Shown piece by piece: positions 38,995 through 47,921 of a stretch of 64,000 nucleotides of DNA. The position numbers were made by a program, and so were the translations under genes. The notes under the pieces are model-generated. The model made no database searches. It worked only from the letters and a program-made list of their open reading frames with translations, and was not told the origin of the DNA. This stretch comes from a virus, in IMG/VR virus record IMGVR_UViG_3300050029_000114, positions 1-64,000 of that record, one strand, 5' to 3'. How positions within the stretch are numbered: position 1 is the first letter of the stretch; each line of letters opens with the position of its first letter.

Positions 38995-39118
38995 CGCCCT
39001 CGGACTCTAGCGCGCTAGGGGCCTCGTGGGTTCGTGGCGGGGACAGTAGAACGGGCCGTTGATATGCCCGCAAGCCTGGCTGCAAACGCAGCAATGGCCC
39101 GGTCCCAATCGGATCGGG

Positions 39119-39526
39119 CTATCCATTCGGATGGGCCTTGCCGGATGCCGGGTCGTTCCATCTCAGGTCGTCGTCCCTACCCATCCCGCACTCGCTGCAC
39201 TTGCCGTGGCCGTACTCGCCTTCGGCCACGTCTGACAACCTGAACGGATGGCCGTCGCCCGGCCAGCCGTCCTCGCTCGGGCTGATGTCGATGAACACTT
39301 CCGGTTGCTTCCCGGTCGCCCGCGCTGTCCGCATGAACTCGTCCCACTGCTCAGCGGCGGCCAGGTTGTTCACCGTCATGCTCAACTGGCCAATGGGGGT
39401 CGCCTTCGCCCAGCTTGCGTTGCGGTCGCCGCGGGCTACCGCCGATAGGTTGATCTGGATGCCTGCATCCTTGCCGGGCAGCAAGGTTAGGCCGGTCAGG
39501 TAGAACTTGGCTCGGGTGGTACGCAT
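39119..39526 (-). CDS. Hypothetical phage protein
   Basis: RAKF...N..WAKATP.G...MTVNN; GAGGAG SD. Confidence 0.65.
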   Translation of the reverse strand: MRTTRAKFYLTGLTLLPGKDAGIQINLSAVARGDRNASWAKATPIGQLSMTVNNLAAAEQWDEFMRTARATGKQPEVFIDISPSEDGWPGDGHPFRLSDVAEGEYGHGKCSECGMGRDDDLRWNDPASGKAHPNG

Positions 39527-39595
39527 CGTGGCTCCTCGCGCTGATAGGGCGGAACTAGCGACGATGCGAGGGGCGCTCGGCCAACTCGACGTTCG

Positions 39596-39668
39596 AGGCG
39601 GAGACGGGACTCGAACCCGTGTCCTCTGGCTTATGAGGCCAACGCGCTACCGACTGCGCCACTCCGCT
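39596..39668 (-). tRNA. tRNA with CAT anticodon (Met; initiator-like 1:72 mismatch)
   Basis: AGCGGAG acceptor, D arm GCGC/GCGC, anticodon loop CTCATAA, T arm ACGGG-TTCGAGT-CCCGT; no encoded CCA. Confidence 0.88.
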
Positions 39669-39685
39669 CCGGCGAGTGTAGCCGC

Positions 39686-39979
39686 TCAGGTGGTCCGGCC
39701 GAGGTATCTGTCGCGCTCGGGGAACGTGCCCGTGCGGATACCGGTCATCAAGTCGTCGGTGATGGTGCCCTCCGGGCTGTAGCCAAGGTCGGCGGGCCAA
39801 TGCTCGATCCTGGCGACCTTGACCGTCTCGTTCGCACGCTTCAAGCGGCGCACCAGTTCCCGGGCCATGCAGTCCGGGCAGTTCGACCGCTCGCATCCGA
39901 CGACGCTCTCGCTGTCGCCCTTCTCCCGCTGGCAGCCGTGGCCGCCCATGGCCTCGATAACTATTCTGTAATCTCCGAT
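39686..39979 (-). CDS. Small Cys-containing protein with a duplicated, recoded 5' end (ATC start at 39979 or ATG at 39949)
   Basis: AAAGAGG-N6-ATC GGA GAT TAC AGA ATA GTT ATC GAG GCC is in frame with MGGHGCQRE. Confidence 0.6.
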   Translation of the reverse strand: MGDYRIVIEAMGGHGCQREKGDSESVVGCERSNCPDCMARELVRRLKRANETVKVARIEHWPADLGYSPEGTITDDLMTGIRTGTFPERDRYLGRTT

Positions 39980-40009
39980 GTCACACCTCTTTCGGGTTAT
40001 TGTTGCTAG

Positions 40010-40705
40010 GTGAAATCTCGATCGGTTGAGCCTTGCCAGGTCGCCGAATGCGGCGGCCGGTTTTACGCCCGTGGATGGTGCCGGTCACACTACAAGCGGT
40101 GGCAACGCTGGGGCGATCCGCTTGGTGTCGGGCCTCGCCGGGTCCGTCCGCCCCGCCCATGCGCCGTCCCGGGCTGCCCGAACCGTCACGCCGCGCATGG
40201 ATACTGCCAGGCGCACTGGACGCGAGTACGCCGATATGGCGACCCGCGGGCCGATCGACCGATCGCTGTCCCGGCTCCAGATCGTTGCATCGTTGAAGGA
40301 TGCGGGCGAAAACCATTCGGGCATGGCCTCTGCCAAGCGCACTATTCGCGCTTACGCCACACCGGCGGCCTTCGAGCGGATATCCCGATCGGTGCTCCTC
40401 GCCGTGAACTAGCCGATGGCGAGGAGCGGATCGGCAAGGATGGGTACGTCTGGACCCGAAGGGCCGGGCAGAGCGGCTACCAGCATCGGCTCCTGATGGC
40501 TGAGCACTTGGGGCGTCCCCTGCTCGGTAATGAGAATGTCCATCACCGCAACGGGGACAGGGCCGACAACCGGCTTGAAAACCTTGAACTCTGGATTGCT
40601 CCGCAGCCGCCGGGGCAGCGGGTAACCGACACATTGATGTGGGCACGAGAGGTTGTCGCGCTCTACAGCGCCCTTGTGGATAGCGGCGATGCGGTGGTTC
40701 GGTAA
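40010..40705 (+). CDS. HNH homing endonuclease with three C..C...C..H zinc-finger repeats
   Basis: [36 protein letters not shown]; the only clear plus-strand gene in the window. Confidence 0.9.
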   Translation: MKSRSVEPCQVAECGGRFYARGWCRSHYKRWQRWGDPLGVGPRRVRPPRPCAVPGCPNRHAAHGYCQAHWTRVRRYGDPRADRPIAVPAPDRCIVEGCGRKPFGHGLCQAHYSRLRHTGGLRADIPIGAPRRELADGEERIGKDGYVWTRRAGQSGYQHRLLMAEHLGRPLLGNENVHHRNGDRADNRLENLELWIAPQPPGQRVTDTLMWAREVVALYSALVDSGDAVVR

Positions 40706-40781
40706 GCCTCAATAACGATCCTGTAGTCACCCATTATCGGTCCTCCTCGGTTGCTGCGTCTGGCCTGCTGGCGCCAGGGTA

Positions 40782-43685
40782 CTAGAAGCCGAGCATCGAC
40801 TCGAACAGCGCGTGGTAGCGGGGCAGCAGCACCTTCCATTCGTGCTCAGCGGCGATCCGGTCGGCCTCCGCGCTCATCCGGCCCATCAGGTCCGGGTCGG
40901 TCTGCAACCGGTCCATGCGCTCCGCCAATGAGGAGGCGTCGGTGTCGTGCAGGTCGACGCGCCCGGCCTGGCAGCGGAAGCTCCGGTACGTCTGACATTC
41001 GATCAGCATCTCGGCCGGGAGGATCGACCGGTTCGGCTCGGCGTCCGGCATGAGCACCGGCATCCCCCGGCTCAGGGCCTCCATCATCGGCAAGCTCTGC
41101 CCGCCGTACCGCCTGGGGGCGATCACCACGTCGCCGTCGTCGTAGAGTCGCCGGTTGTCTCGTACGTCCTCGACTCGTAGGTCTAGCTCGATGTGCGACG
41201 GGAACCGGCGTGGCAGGGTCGGCATCTGTTGGGCGCGCACCACCAGCCGTGTCGGCTGCTCCACGATGTAGAGGGCGTCGATCAGAACGGTCGTCCCGGC
41301 CCGGTCGTGCCCGGCTGGGTGGCCGAGGACATGCAGGAAGCTGCGAACCTCGGTGCGGTGCTCGTAAGGGAAGCGGCTGCGGTCGATGCCATGCGGGACG
41401 TGCACCGCGTCCGGTACCTCGTCGATATGCCACGTCGAGGGGGCGATGAACAGGTCGGGGCGGGGCAGGTCGTGGTCGGCGAAGTACCGGAAGAACTCGA
41501 AGTTGTAGATGCACGCCGTCTTGACGCCCAGCTTGGCGGCCAGGTCGTAGATGCGGTACGCGTACGGTGTCTCGGCGGTGATAACCACGTCGAGCCCGCC
41601 CAGCCATAGCTCTAGCTGCTGGTCGCTGCACGTCAGGTCGCTGCCCTTGAACTCGAACACGGCGGCCCCCGGGAACCGCTCCAAGTGCATCGGGTACGGG
41701 GAGATGTCGCCCATGTCCACGACGAGGGCCTTGTCCGGCTTCAAGTGGCGCACGAGGTCGGCCGACTGGATGCCGAGCCCTCGGTTCTCGCTCCGACAGA
41801 TGATCCCCAACCGTAGGTGGCGGCCCCCGTAGACCGTCTCGTCGCGCGGGTTCGGTGCGCCCTCCGGGGTCGGCCCGTCGTACTCCCACGTCATCCCGTA
41901 CTTCGGGTCGGTCCCCCGGCCGTCGGTGTGCGTCGACCGTTTCAGGTCGCCCTCGGGGGCGTACAACCACAGCTTGAACTCCCCCCACCCGCGGGTTATC
42001 CCCCGCTTCATCCACCGGTTGTGGACGACGCCGTGCAGCACGTCCTCGATCATCGTGCGGGCCTTCGCCCCGAAGTAGTCGGCCATGAGCCACCGGTAAT
42101 GCTCGGTGCCCGACAGGTGGGGCCGCTGGCTCCACTGCACTGTTCGCATCAGCGGGGCGCCCTCCACGTCGACCGGCGCGGTGTCGAGCATCAGGTGTTG
42201 ATGCTCCGGCTGGATGCGCGCCTCGTGGTGCAACCGAATCGTGTGGGCCTGGCCGCTGCGGACGGCCCGCACCAGCGCAGACCAGTCGACCTGGCCGACG
42301 ATCGGGGTATCGTGCTCGACGAACAGAACGCAGTCAGATCGCACCCGGTCGAGCGTCGCTCTCGTCATGGCGGCCTGGTGGGTGTACTCGTCGAACATGA
42401 TCGGCAGGACGTTCCGCCAGCGATGGTTCGTCGCCCACGCCAGCCGCCGCCGGTACTCGTCGTAGTCGGCCCGGCGGTCCTCCTGCTCGGGCCGGAGCCC
42501 GTCGACCATGACCAGTATCTCGCAGTCGCCTAGCTCGGTCTGCGCCCGGATACTGTCGATCGTCTCGGCGATCACGTCGATGCTCGGGTGCGCCGGTATC
42601 ACGCTGGTCGGCATCAGTACCGTCACGGCGGCCGGTACAAGGGAAACGGGCCCCGAAGGGCCCGCTTCCCCGGACGAGTCGTTGCATCGCTCGCCCTCGC
42701 TGGCGGGGCCTTGCGGCCCCTCTATGGGTGTATTCGTGTCGCCCGTGCTGGTGCTGGCGTTGGCCTTCAATGTAGCCAGGTCGTCGGCCAGCCACCAAGC
42801 CATCTCCCGTTTCTTGCCCTGCCACCACGCGTGGCAGCGGGCCGCCTGGGCGGGCCAGTCGTCAAGTACCTGCTCGACCGTCACCCCGAAGTCGGCCCAA
42901 TCCTCCAACACCGGGAACGGCGGCTCCTCCCCGAACAGGTACCGCCAGTATCCTCGCTCGTCCGGCGTGTTCGGGGCGCTCGTGTCAGCTATCGGCACGC
43001 ACCCTGCCTCCAACGCCTCGAACAGCCGGAACGTGTCCGGCGAGTAGGTGCCGCTCGGGCATGGGATGACCTTGCTGGCCGCCATCTCCCTCAGATAGTC
43101 CGGGTAGTCGAACCCGCTCCCGAAGATGCGGGTCACTCGGGTCCGGCCGTCATGGTGGCTGTCCCGGCGGGCCTGCAACGCCTGGATGCACTCCTCCCGG
43201 CGGGCGTTGTTCAACTGCCCGGCGAAGAACCACCCCTGGGTGCGGCGCTCGGCCGGGTCGAACGTGTCCAAGATGCCCGGCGCCTGCGGCGGGAACCCGT
43301 CGCCTATCCGCCGGTCGGCCCGGTCGTGGCGGCCCTCGTGCGGGGTCTGCACCCATACCTTCATGTTCGGGTGGGTCAGCCGCTCGTACGGGAACTCGCC
43401 TTCCTCGTCGCCGCACAGCAGCACGAGCACCCACTGGAACCGGGCGAGCGCCGCGTTGATCTGCTCGACCTGGGTGGCGTACCACCGGGCCGGGAACACG
43501 ACGATCGCCCCGTCCTCGCTCTCAGGGACCTCCTGCGCCGTCGCATAGTGCTCCCACTCCATCGGCAGGGTCGGTGCCCGCCAAGCCCATACGGCCCCGG
43601 CTAGCAGCCCCTCAATGATCCCCTGATCCCAGTAGCCGCGGGCGTAGACGCCGGGCTCGGTGCCCCACCATATGACAGCGGTCAT
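40782..43685 (-). CDS. Tri-modular glycosyltransferase (exostosin/GT47-like + GT-A + GT-B/GT4-like)
   Basis: CPSG...DTFRLFEALEAGCVP; linker; VTVLMPTS...FVEHD; C-terminal YGGQSLPMMEALSRGMPVL. Confidence 0.8.
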   Translation of the reverse strand: MTAVIWWGTEPGVYARGYWDQGIIEGLLAGAVWAWRAPTLPMEWEHYATAQEVPESEDGAIVVFPARWYATQVEQINAALARFQWVLVLLCGDEEGEFPYERLTHPNMKVWVQTPHEGRHDRADRRIGDGFPPQAPGILDTFDPAERRTQGWFFAGQLNNARREECIQALQARRDSHHDGRTRVTRIFGSGFDYPDYLREMAASKVIPCPSGTYSPDTFRLFEALEAGCVPIADTSAPNTPDERGYWRYLFGEEPPFPVLEDWADFGVTVEQVLDDWPAQAARCHAWWQGKKREMAWWLADDLATLKANASTSTGDTNTPIEGPQGPASEGERCNDSSGEAGPSGPVSLVPAAVTVLMPTSVIPAHPSIDVIAETIDSIRAQTELGDCEILVMVDGLRPEQEDRRADYDEYRRRLAWATNHRWRNVLPIMFDEYTHQAAMTRATLDRVRSDCVLFVEHDTPIVGQVDWSALVRAVRSGQAHTIRLHHEARIQPEHQHLMLDTAPVDVEGAPLMRTVQWSQRPHLSGTEHYRWLMADYFGAKARTMIEDVLHGVVHNRWMKRGITRGWGEFKLWLYAPEGDLKRSTHTDGRGTDPKYGMTWEYDGPTPEGAPNPRDETVYGGRHLRLGIICRSENRGLGIQSADLVRHLKPDKALVVDMGDISPYPMHLERFPGAAVFEFKGSDLTCSDQQLELWLGGLDVVITAETPYAYRIYDLAAKLGVKTACIYNFEFFRYFADHDLPRPDLFIAPSTWHIDEVPDAVHVPHGIDRSRFPYEHRTEVRSFLHVLGHPAGHDRAGTTVLIDALYIVEQPTRLVVRAQQMPTLPRRFPSHIELDLRVEDVRDNRRLYDDGDVVIAPRRYGGQSLPMMEALSRGMPVLMPDAEPNRSILPAEMLIECQTYRSFRCQAGRVDLHDTDASSLAERMDRLQTDPDLMGRMSAEADRIAAEHEWKVLLPRYHALFESMLGF

Positions 43686-43711
43686 GGTTTCGCTGACCCG
43701 CGTACCTCGGC

Positions 43712-44095
43712 CTAAACGTTCTTGATGTCCCGCTCGGCCTGCTCCTCGATCCCGACGAGTGCAGCCCGGCCTCCGACCGCTTCGAGGATCGCGTCGAGCT
43801 TGACCTGTTGGGCTCGGCCCTCCCGGTTCTGCGCCGACTGGATGATGAAAACCATGATGAACGTGACGACGGTCGTGAACGTGTTGATGTACAGCCCGTA
43901 GTTCGTGTTCTGAAGCCCTCCCCTGACGAAAAACAGCCCGGACGCCCAGGAGAGCACGACGAGGATGGCTAGGGCTATCGCCCATGTCGAGCCGAGCCAG
44001 CCGGTCATCGCCGAGACGGCCCGCACTAGCACCGGCGGGTTCTGTGCCTGCGTCTCGGCCTCGATCGCCTCGACTGCGTCGAGCGGGGCCATCAC
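43712..44095 (-). CDS. Low-affinity iron permease (Fet4-like) family membrane protein
   Basis: GSTWA...INTFTTVVTFIMVFIIQSAQNRE.RA.Q.KLD motif. Confidence 0.8.
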   Translation of the reverse strand: MMAPLDAVEAIEAETQAQNPPVLVRAVSAMTGWLGSTWAIALAILVVLSWASGLFFVRGGLQNTNYGLYINTFTTVVTFIMVFIIQSAQNREGRAQQVKLDAILEAVGGRAALVGIEEQAERDIKNV

Positions 44096-44102
44096 GCTCC
44101 TG

Positions 44103-45026
44103 TCATTGGGTCGCCCCGTGGATCGCGGCTAGCTCGGCCGTGATCTTCACGATAGCGTCGTGGTCGCCTGGCACCCCGCCGGTCGGCAGGCTCGCCACGA
44201 GGGCCTGGAGGGATGCTAGGGCGGCCTCGTCGGCGTTCAGCCGCGCCAGCCATGACGCCACCCGGTCGGGTGTCCCGGCGAACCGGTAATACCGGAACGG
44301 GTCGCCCGTCGTGTCGGCGTGCTCGAACGTCACGATCACGTACCCGGTCGTCCACGGGGCCCCGCCGATCGTCTCGCTCGATCCGGTCCCGGCGTGCCAC
44401 TCCGGGTGAGCGTTCAGCCCGCCGCAATACGGGGCACCGTCGGCCGTGAAGATGCTGCCGTCCGGCTTCATCGACCACGACCCGCCGCTGATCGGGTCGC
44501 CGAAAGTGACTGCTGTGATCATCGGTCCTCCTATGTCCGCCGCGGCGGCGATAGCTGGTAGCTGCCCCAGGCGCAACGGCCCCGGGCACGGATGGTTCCC
44601 CCAGGCAACGTCCGGCTGGCCGGTCGGGAAATGGCAGTGTGCCGTGATGCCCTTACCGCCATGGTCGACGGCCGTGTAGGGCCACTGGCCGGGCTCGGCT
44701 ATGTCATGCAGCCATCGGAGCAGCTTCACGAGCGTCCCGATCTGCGCCACGTTCATGTACTCGTCCACGGTGCCGTCTACCTCGATGGACCCGTACCAGC
44801 CGTTGCCGTTCATCTGCGCCCACGAGACTTCGGCCGTGTCGATGTACTGCTCTAGCTCCCCGTTCGCCCCGACCCAGAAATGGGAGCTAGCGCCGTGGGC
44901 GGGGTCGACGAAGTAGCCGTACGGGTCGACGTGGGTTGTCGTGACGTGGATGACCCAACCGAAGTAGCCGGACCGGGCGAGCCCGTGGCTCGGGACCGGC
45001 TTCTGGATAGCGAACGAGCAGAGCAT
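44103..45026 (-). CDS. Endolysin, N-acetylmuramoyl-L-alanine amidase
   Basis: VIHVT, SSHFWV, SIE, H...CPG amidase_2 motifs. Confidence 0.85.
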   Translation of the reverse strand: MLCSFAIQKPVPSHGLARSGYFGWVIHVTTTHVDPYGYFVDPAHGASSHFWVGANGELEQYIDTAEVSWAQMNGNGWYGSIEVDGTVDEYMNVAQIGTLVKLLRWLHDIAEPGQWPYTAVDHGGKGITAHCHFPTGQPDVAWGNHPCPGPLRLGQLPAIAAAADIGGPMITAVTFGDPISGGSWSMKPDGSIFTADGAPYCGGLNAHPEWHAGTGSSETIGGAPWTTGYVIVTFEHADTTGDPFRYYRFAGTPDRVASWLARLNADEAALASLQALVASLPTGGVPGDHDAIVKITAELAAIHGATQ

Positions 45027-45065
45027 TCCGGGCCGGACTCTAGCGCGCTAGCGCGCCGGTTACGC

Positions 45066-45099
45066 GCCACCGCCCCGGGCGGGTGGCCTCGGGGCGGTG
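45066..45099 (-). terminator. Hairpin, probable terminator
   Basis: CCACCGCCCCG / CGGGGCGGTGG 11-bp inverted repeat after 45131..45343. Confidence 0.45.
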
Positions 45100-45130
45100 G
45101 TCGCTGCGGTGTCTCGGGTGGCTTATGGGA

Positions 45131-45343
45131 TCATGCCGTGTACCTCGACCCTGGGTTTAGCCGCTCTAGGCGGGCGATCGTCTCGTCTACCTTGTCCGCG
45201 TCGACGTACAAGGAGATGGCTTTGGCCGGGGTGCCGCTCTTGGTGGTCCGGCGGATACCGACCTGGGTGGCCTGGCGGCGCTCCCGGCGGATCGAGGCCA
45301 ACTGGCCGTGCGTGGCGTTCGTGATCTTCATCGGGCGGGCCAT
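45131..45343 (-). CDS. Small basic protein under a class A promoter
   Basis: TAGACA-N16-TAGGAT-N6-ATG. Confidence 0.65.
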   Translation of the reverse strand: MARPMKITNATHGQLASIRRERRQATQVGIRRTTKSGTPAKAISLYVDADKVDETIARLERLNPGSRYTA

Positions 45344-45374
45344 GTGTCCATCCTACCCCTCGGCTCCCGTTTGT

Positions 45375-45761
45375 CTAGGGGTTTCTAGCGGCTGCCGTTA
45401 TCGGCGCCCTCTCCCCTGAGCGGTAAGCCCGATCGTAATCCCGGCGGCACTGGCGGCATCGTCGATGTCCCTTCCGGTTGCGCAGGGTGTTCTCCGGCGT
45501 GTAGTCGTGCCCTTGCGGGCAGGCGGTTTTGCCGTTCGTGTCCCGGCGGTCACCGGGGCGTCCGCTGCGCGTGTTGGCTGATCGGGTCGCGGGGCGGAGG
45601 TGGTCGGGATTGCAGCAGCGGCGGTGCGGGCAGGAGCCTCCACCGGGGCACGCCTTGTCCTCGTTATGGCATTGGTGATCCAAGTCGAGTCCCGGCGGTA
45701 CCGGCCCTTTCTTGAGTCGCTGGCGCTCGGCCAGGTTCCGTTGGCGTGGCTTGCGTGGCAC
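45375..45761 (-). CDS. HNH endonuclease (possibly N-terminally truncated)
   Basis: LDHQCHN...RCCNPDHL...N; KTACPQGHDYTPENT...RRCRQC. Confidence 0.75.
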   Translation of the reverse strand: MPRKPRQRNLAERQRLKKGPVPPGLDLDHQCHNEDKACPGGGSCPHRRCCNPDHLRPATRSANTRSGRPGDRRDTNGKTACPQGHDYTPENTLRNRKGHRRCRQCRRDYDRAYRSGERAPITAAARNP

Positions 45762-46704
45762 CGTCCTCCATACCTATCAGCCGCAGAAACTCTGTGACTC
45801 GGTGGGTGTAGGTGTGGAAGTCTAATACGTGCTGGCGGCCCGTTGCGGCTATCTGGCGGCGCTCGTCGTCGGCCTTCACGTAGTAGTCGATCAGCGAGCG
45901 AAGCTGCCCCCAATCGCCTAGCTCCCACAGCCGCAGGTGGGTGCCATCGGTGTAGCTCTCCTCGATACCCTCCGTGTACGGGTGCAACAGGAAGCCGCCC
46001 CGGCCGACCGTCTCCGGTACCCGGTCGCTCCAGTACCAGCCGGTCCCGCCAACCATGCAGGAATCCCCGACGACCACCCGGCTGCTCGCATACAGGTCGG
46101 CCAGGTCGGGGCCTCGTATCCCGCCGCGGCGCCGGTTCGGCCAGAACCTCACCCCGCCCATATCCTTCAGGAACGCGACAAGCTGGCCGCGGTGCGCCCA
46201 CTCCGTGTGGTAGCCGTATCGGGTGCCCACGAACGCCACGTCGGCGTCGAACTCGTCCCGGTACTGGCCGGGTGTCTCCGCCTCCGGCCCGAACACGCCT
46301 GGCGGCAGCCAGTGATGGTTGATCCCCAACGCCTTGAACCGGGCCTGGTTGCCGCCGTCGGCGGTGCACACATGCTCGCACCGGAAGAACGGCGACAGGG
46401 GAATGTCCTCCTCGCGGGGCAAGTCCCACCACTTGTCGAGATGGTATCCGGCGGTCACGATCCCGGCCTGGCGGAGCTTCCCCAACCCGACGATCATGGC
46501 GTCGAGGTCGCTGTCCAGGCCCTTCGTCCGGGTCCACACGACCAGCGGAACCTCGTGCTCCATCGCGATGCCCGGCAGGTCGGCCCACACGTGCTCCTGC
46601 TCCTGCACTCGCACGACCTCATGCCCGGCTAGCTCGAAACTCGCCGACACATGGTTCTCGGTGCTCGACGGCGGCCCGAAGTTCCCGAGATATGCCAGTT
46701 TCAC
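45664..46704 (-). CDS. Glycosyltransferase (Glyco_trans_1_2/CgeB-like)
   Basis: DVAFVG, YWSDRVPETVGRGGFLL, HTYTHRV. Confidence 0.82.
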   Translation of the reverse strand: MKLAYLGNFGPPSSTENHVSASFELAGHEVVRVQEQEHVWADLPGIAMEHEVPLVVWTRTKGLDSDLDAMIVGLGKLRQAGIVTAGYHLDKWWDLPREEDIPLSPFFRCEHVCTADGGNQARFKALGINHHWLPPGVFGPEAETPGQYRDEFDADVAFVGTRYGYHTEWAHRGQLVAFLKDMGGVRFWPNRRRGGIRGPDLADLYASSRVVVGDSCMVGGTGWYWSDRVPETVGRGGFLLHPYTEGIEESYTDGTHLRLWELGDWGQLRSLIDYYVKADDERRQIAATGRQHVLDFHTYTHRVTEFLRLIGMEDGATQATPTEPGRAPATQERAGTAGTRLGSPMP

Positions 46705-47108
46705 TCCTGGGCCGCCTTCCGCCCGGTGGCCGTCTGCGGGCCCTTGTGCGTCGCCCTGGGTTTCGTGGCCGTAGCAGGCCTTGTAGGGGCCTCTGGCGGC
46801 CGATTCAGTAGCTCGTGCTGGTCAGGGTGTTTGCGGGCGTGGTCAGCGTGCAGTCTGGAATGGTGGGCGATGGTCGCGTGGACGTGGCACGTCCGGTACT
46901 TGGTCCCGCCGACCGAGTGTTTCCCTACCCGCCAGCAGCCCTTCTCGGCGCAGTTGAAATGCATCAACGCCTTGATGACCACACCGAGCAGGGCGAACTC
47001 GGTCAGGTCGCTGCCGAACCCGCTCCAGAACCCGTACCACGGGCCGGAGAGGTTGTCTAGCCCGAGTACCCTGGCTAGAAAGTCGAAGATATCTCGGACG
47101 CCGTGCAT
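46701..47108 (-). CDS. Membrane protein
   Basis: WYGFWSGFG, one TM helix, NC...CWR.G...CH.H. Confidence 0.6.
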   Translation of the reverse strand: MHGVRDIFDFLARVLGLDNLSGPWYGFWSGFGSDLTEFALLGVVIKALMHFNCAEKGCWRVGKHSVGGTKYRTCHVHATIAHHSRLHADHARKHPDQHELLNRPPEAPTRPATATKPRATHKGPQTATGRKAAQE

Positions 47109-47138
47109 GGCCCGGAGGTTACCGCTGGATTGGTGCAG

Positions 47139-47921
47139 CTAGATGGATGAGAACGCGAACACGTAGCCGTCGCCGACGTGGCGGATATGGCGGTCGACGA
47201 CCCCGGTGTTGTCGCCGTTGCCTTCGATAGTGTTGATCGTGACGCCATCGGTCCATTCGATGAGGGCGACGTGCGAGGCATAGCCCGTGGCGCCGCCTTG
47301 GCCGGTCAGGTCGATGTAGACGAGCCCGCCTATCTGCGGGCCAGCGGTGATCCGCCCGGATCGTTGCGCGTCGCCCATCAACGCCGCGGGCCCGTCCTCA
47401 TAGACGAATCCGGGTACGAACGCCTTGCGGGCGACCCATGACACAAACTTGGCGCACCAAAACCCGCCTGCCGTGTACGGACCTGCTAACCCGACCTGGC
47501 TGGCGGCGATGCCGATGTCCTCCGGTTCTATCGGCCCGGTGAACGTGTAGCTCTCGCCGTGGACGTTCCGCATCAGGTAGCCGTCTCGGGTAAGCGAGAA
47601 TCCTCCTGGGGCAAACTGGCCGTGCGCTGCCCGCTCAGCGCCTGGGTTGGGGGTGATAGCCGCATACCCGAGATAGCTGAACAGCCAGTGGCCGGGCGCG
47701 TTGCCGCTGGTCCATATGCCGCCGAAGTTGGTCATCCCGTACCATCCGCCCTCCGGGCTGGCCGTGCTCTGCACTACCAGTTCGCCGTTCGGCGGTGTCG
47801 GCCATGCTGGCGGCCCGTCGGCGCGGGCGACGGCCGGAGCTAGGAGACAGGCGGCAATGAAGGTTGCCACTAGAGCCCGGAACGTCGGGCGGCTAGACAG
47901 GTGGGGTGTCGGGGTAGTCAC
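47139..47921 (-). CDS. Secreted CHAP-domain cell-wall hydrolase
   Basis: Signal peptide; WCAKFVSWV...SHVA...TIEGN. Confidence 0.82.
   Translation of the reverse strand: MTTPTPHLSSRPTFRALVATFIAACLLAPAVARADGPPAWPTPPNGELVVQSTASPEGGWYGMTNFGGIWTSGNAPGHWLFSYLGYAAITPNPGAERAAHGQFAPGGFSLTRDGYLMRNVHGESYTFTGPIEPEDIGIAASQVGLAGPYTAGGFWCAKFVSWVARKAFVPGFVYEDGPAALMGDAQRSGRITAGPQIGGLVYIDLTGQGGATGYASHVALIEWTDGVTINTIEGNGDNTGVVDRHIRHVGDGYVFAFSSI

Noticed and set aside
39530-39595. HDV-like (theta) ribozyme after the tRNA
   Set aside because: Could not build the required P1/P2/P3 nested pseudoknot.
45375-45830. Recoded duplication around the HNH at 45375..45761
   Set aside because: The upstream GT 3' end has A/T-ending codons and overlaps the HNH, but no second copy was found downstream.
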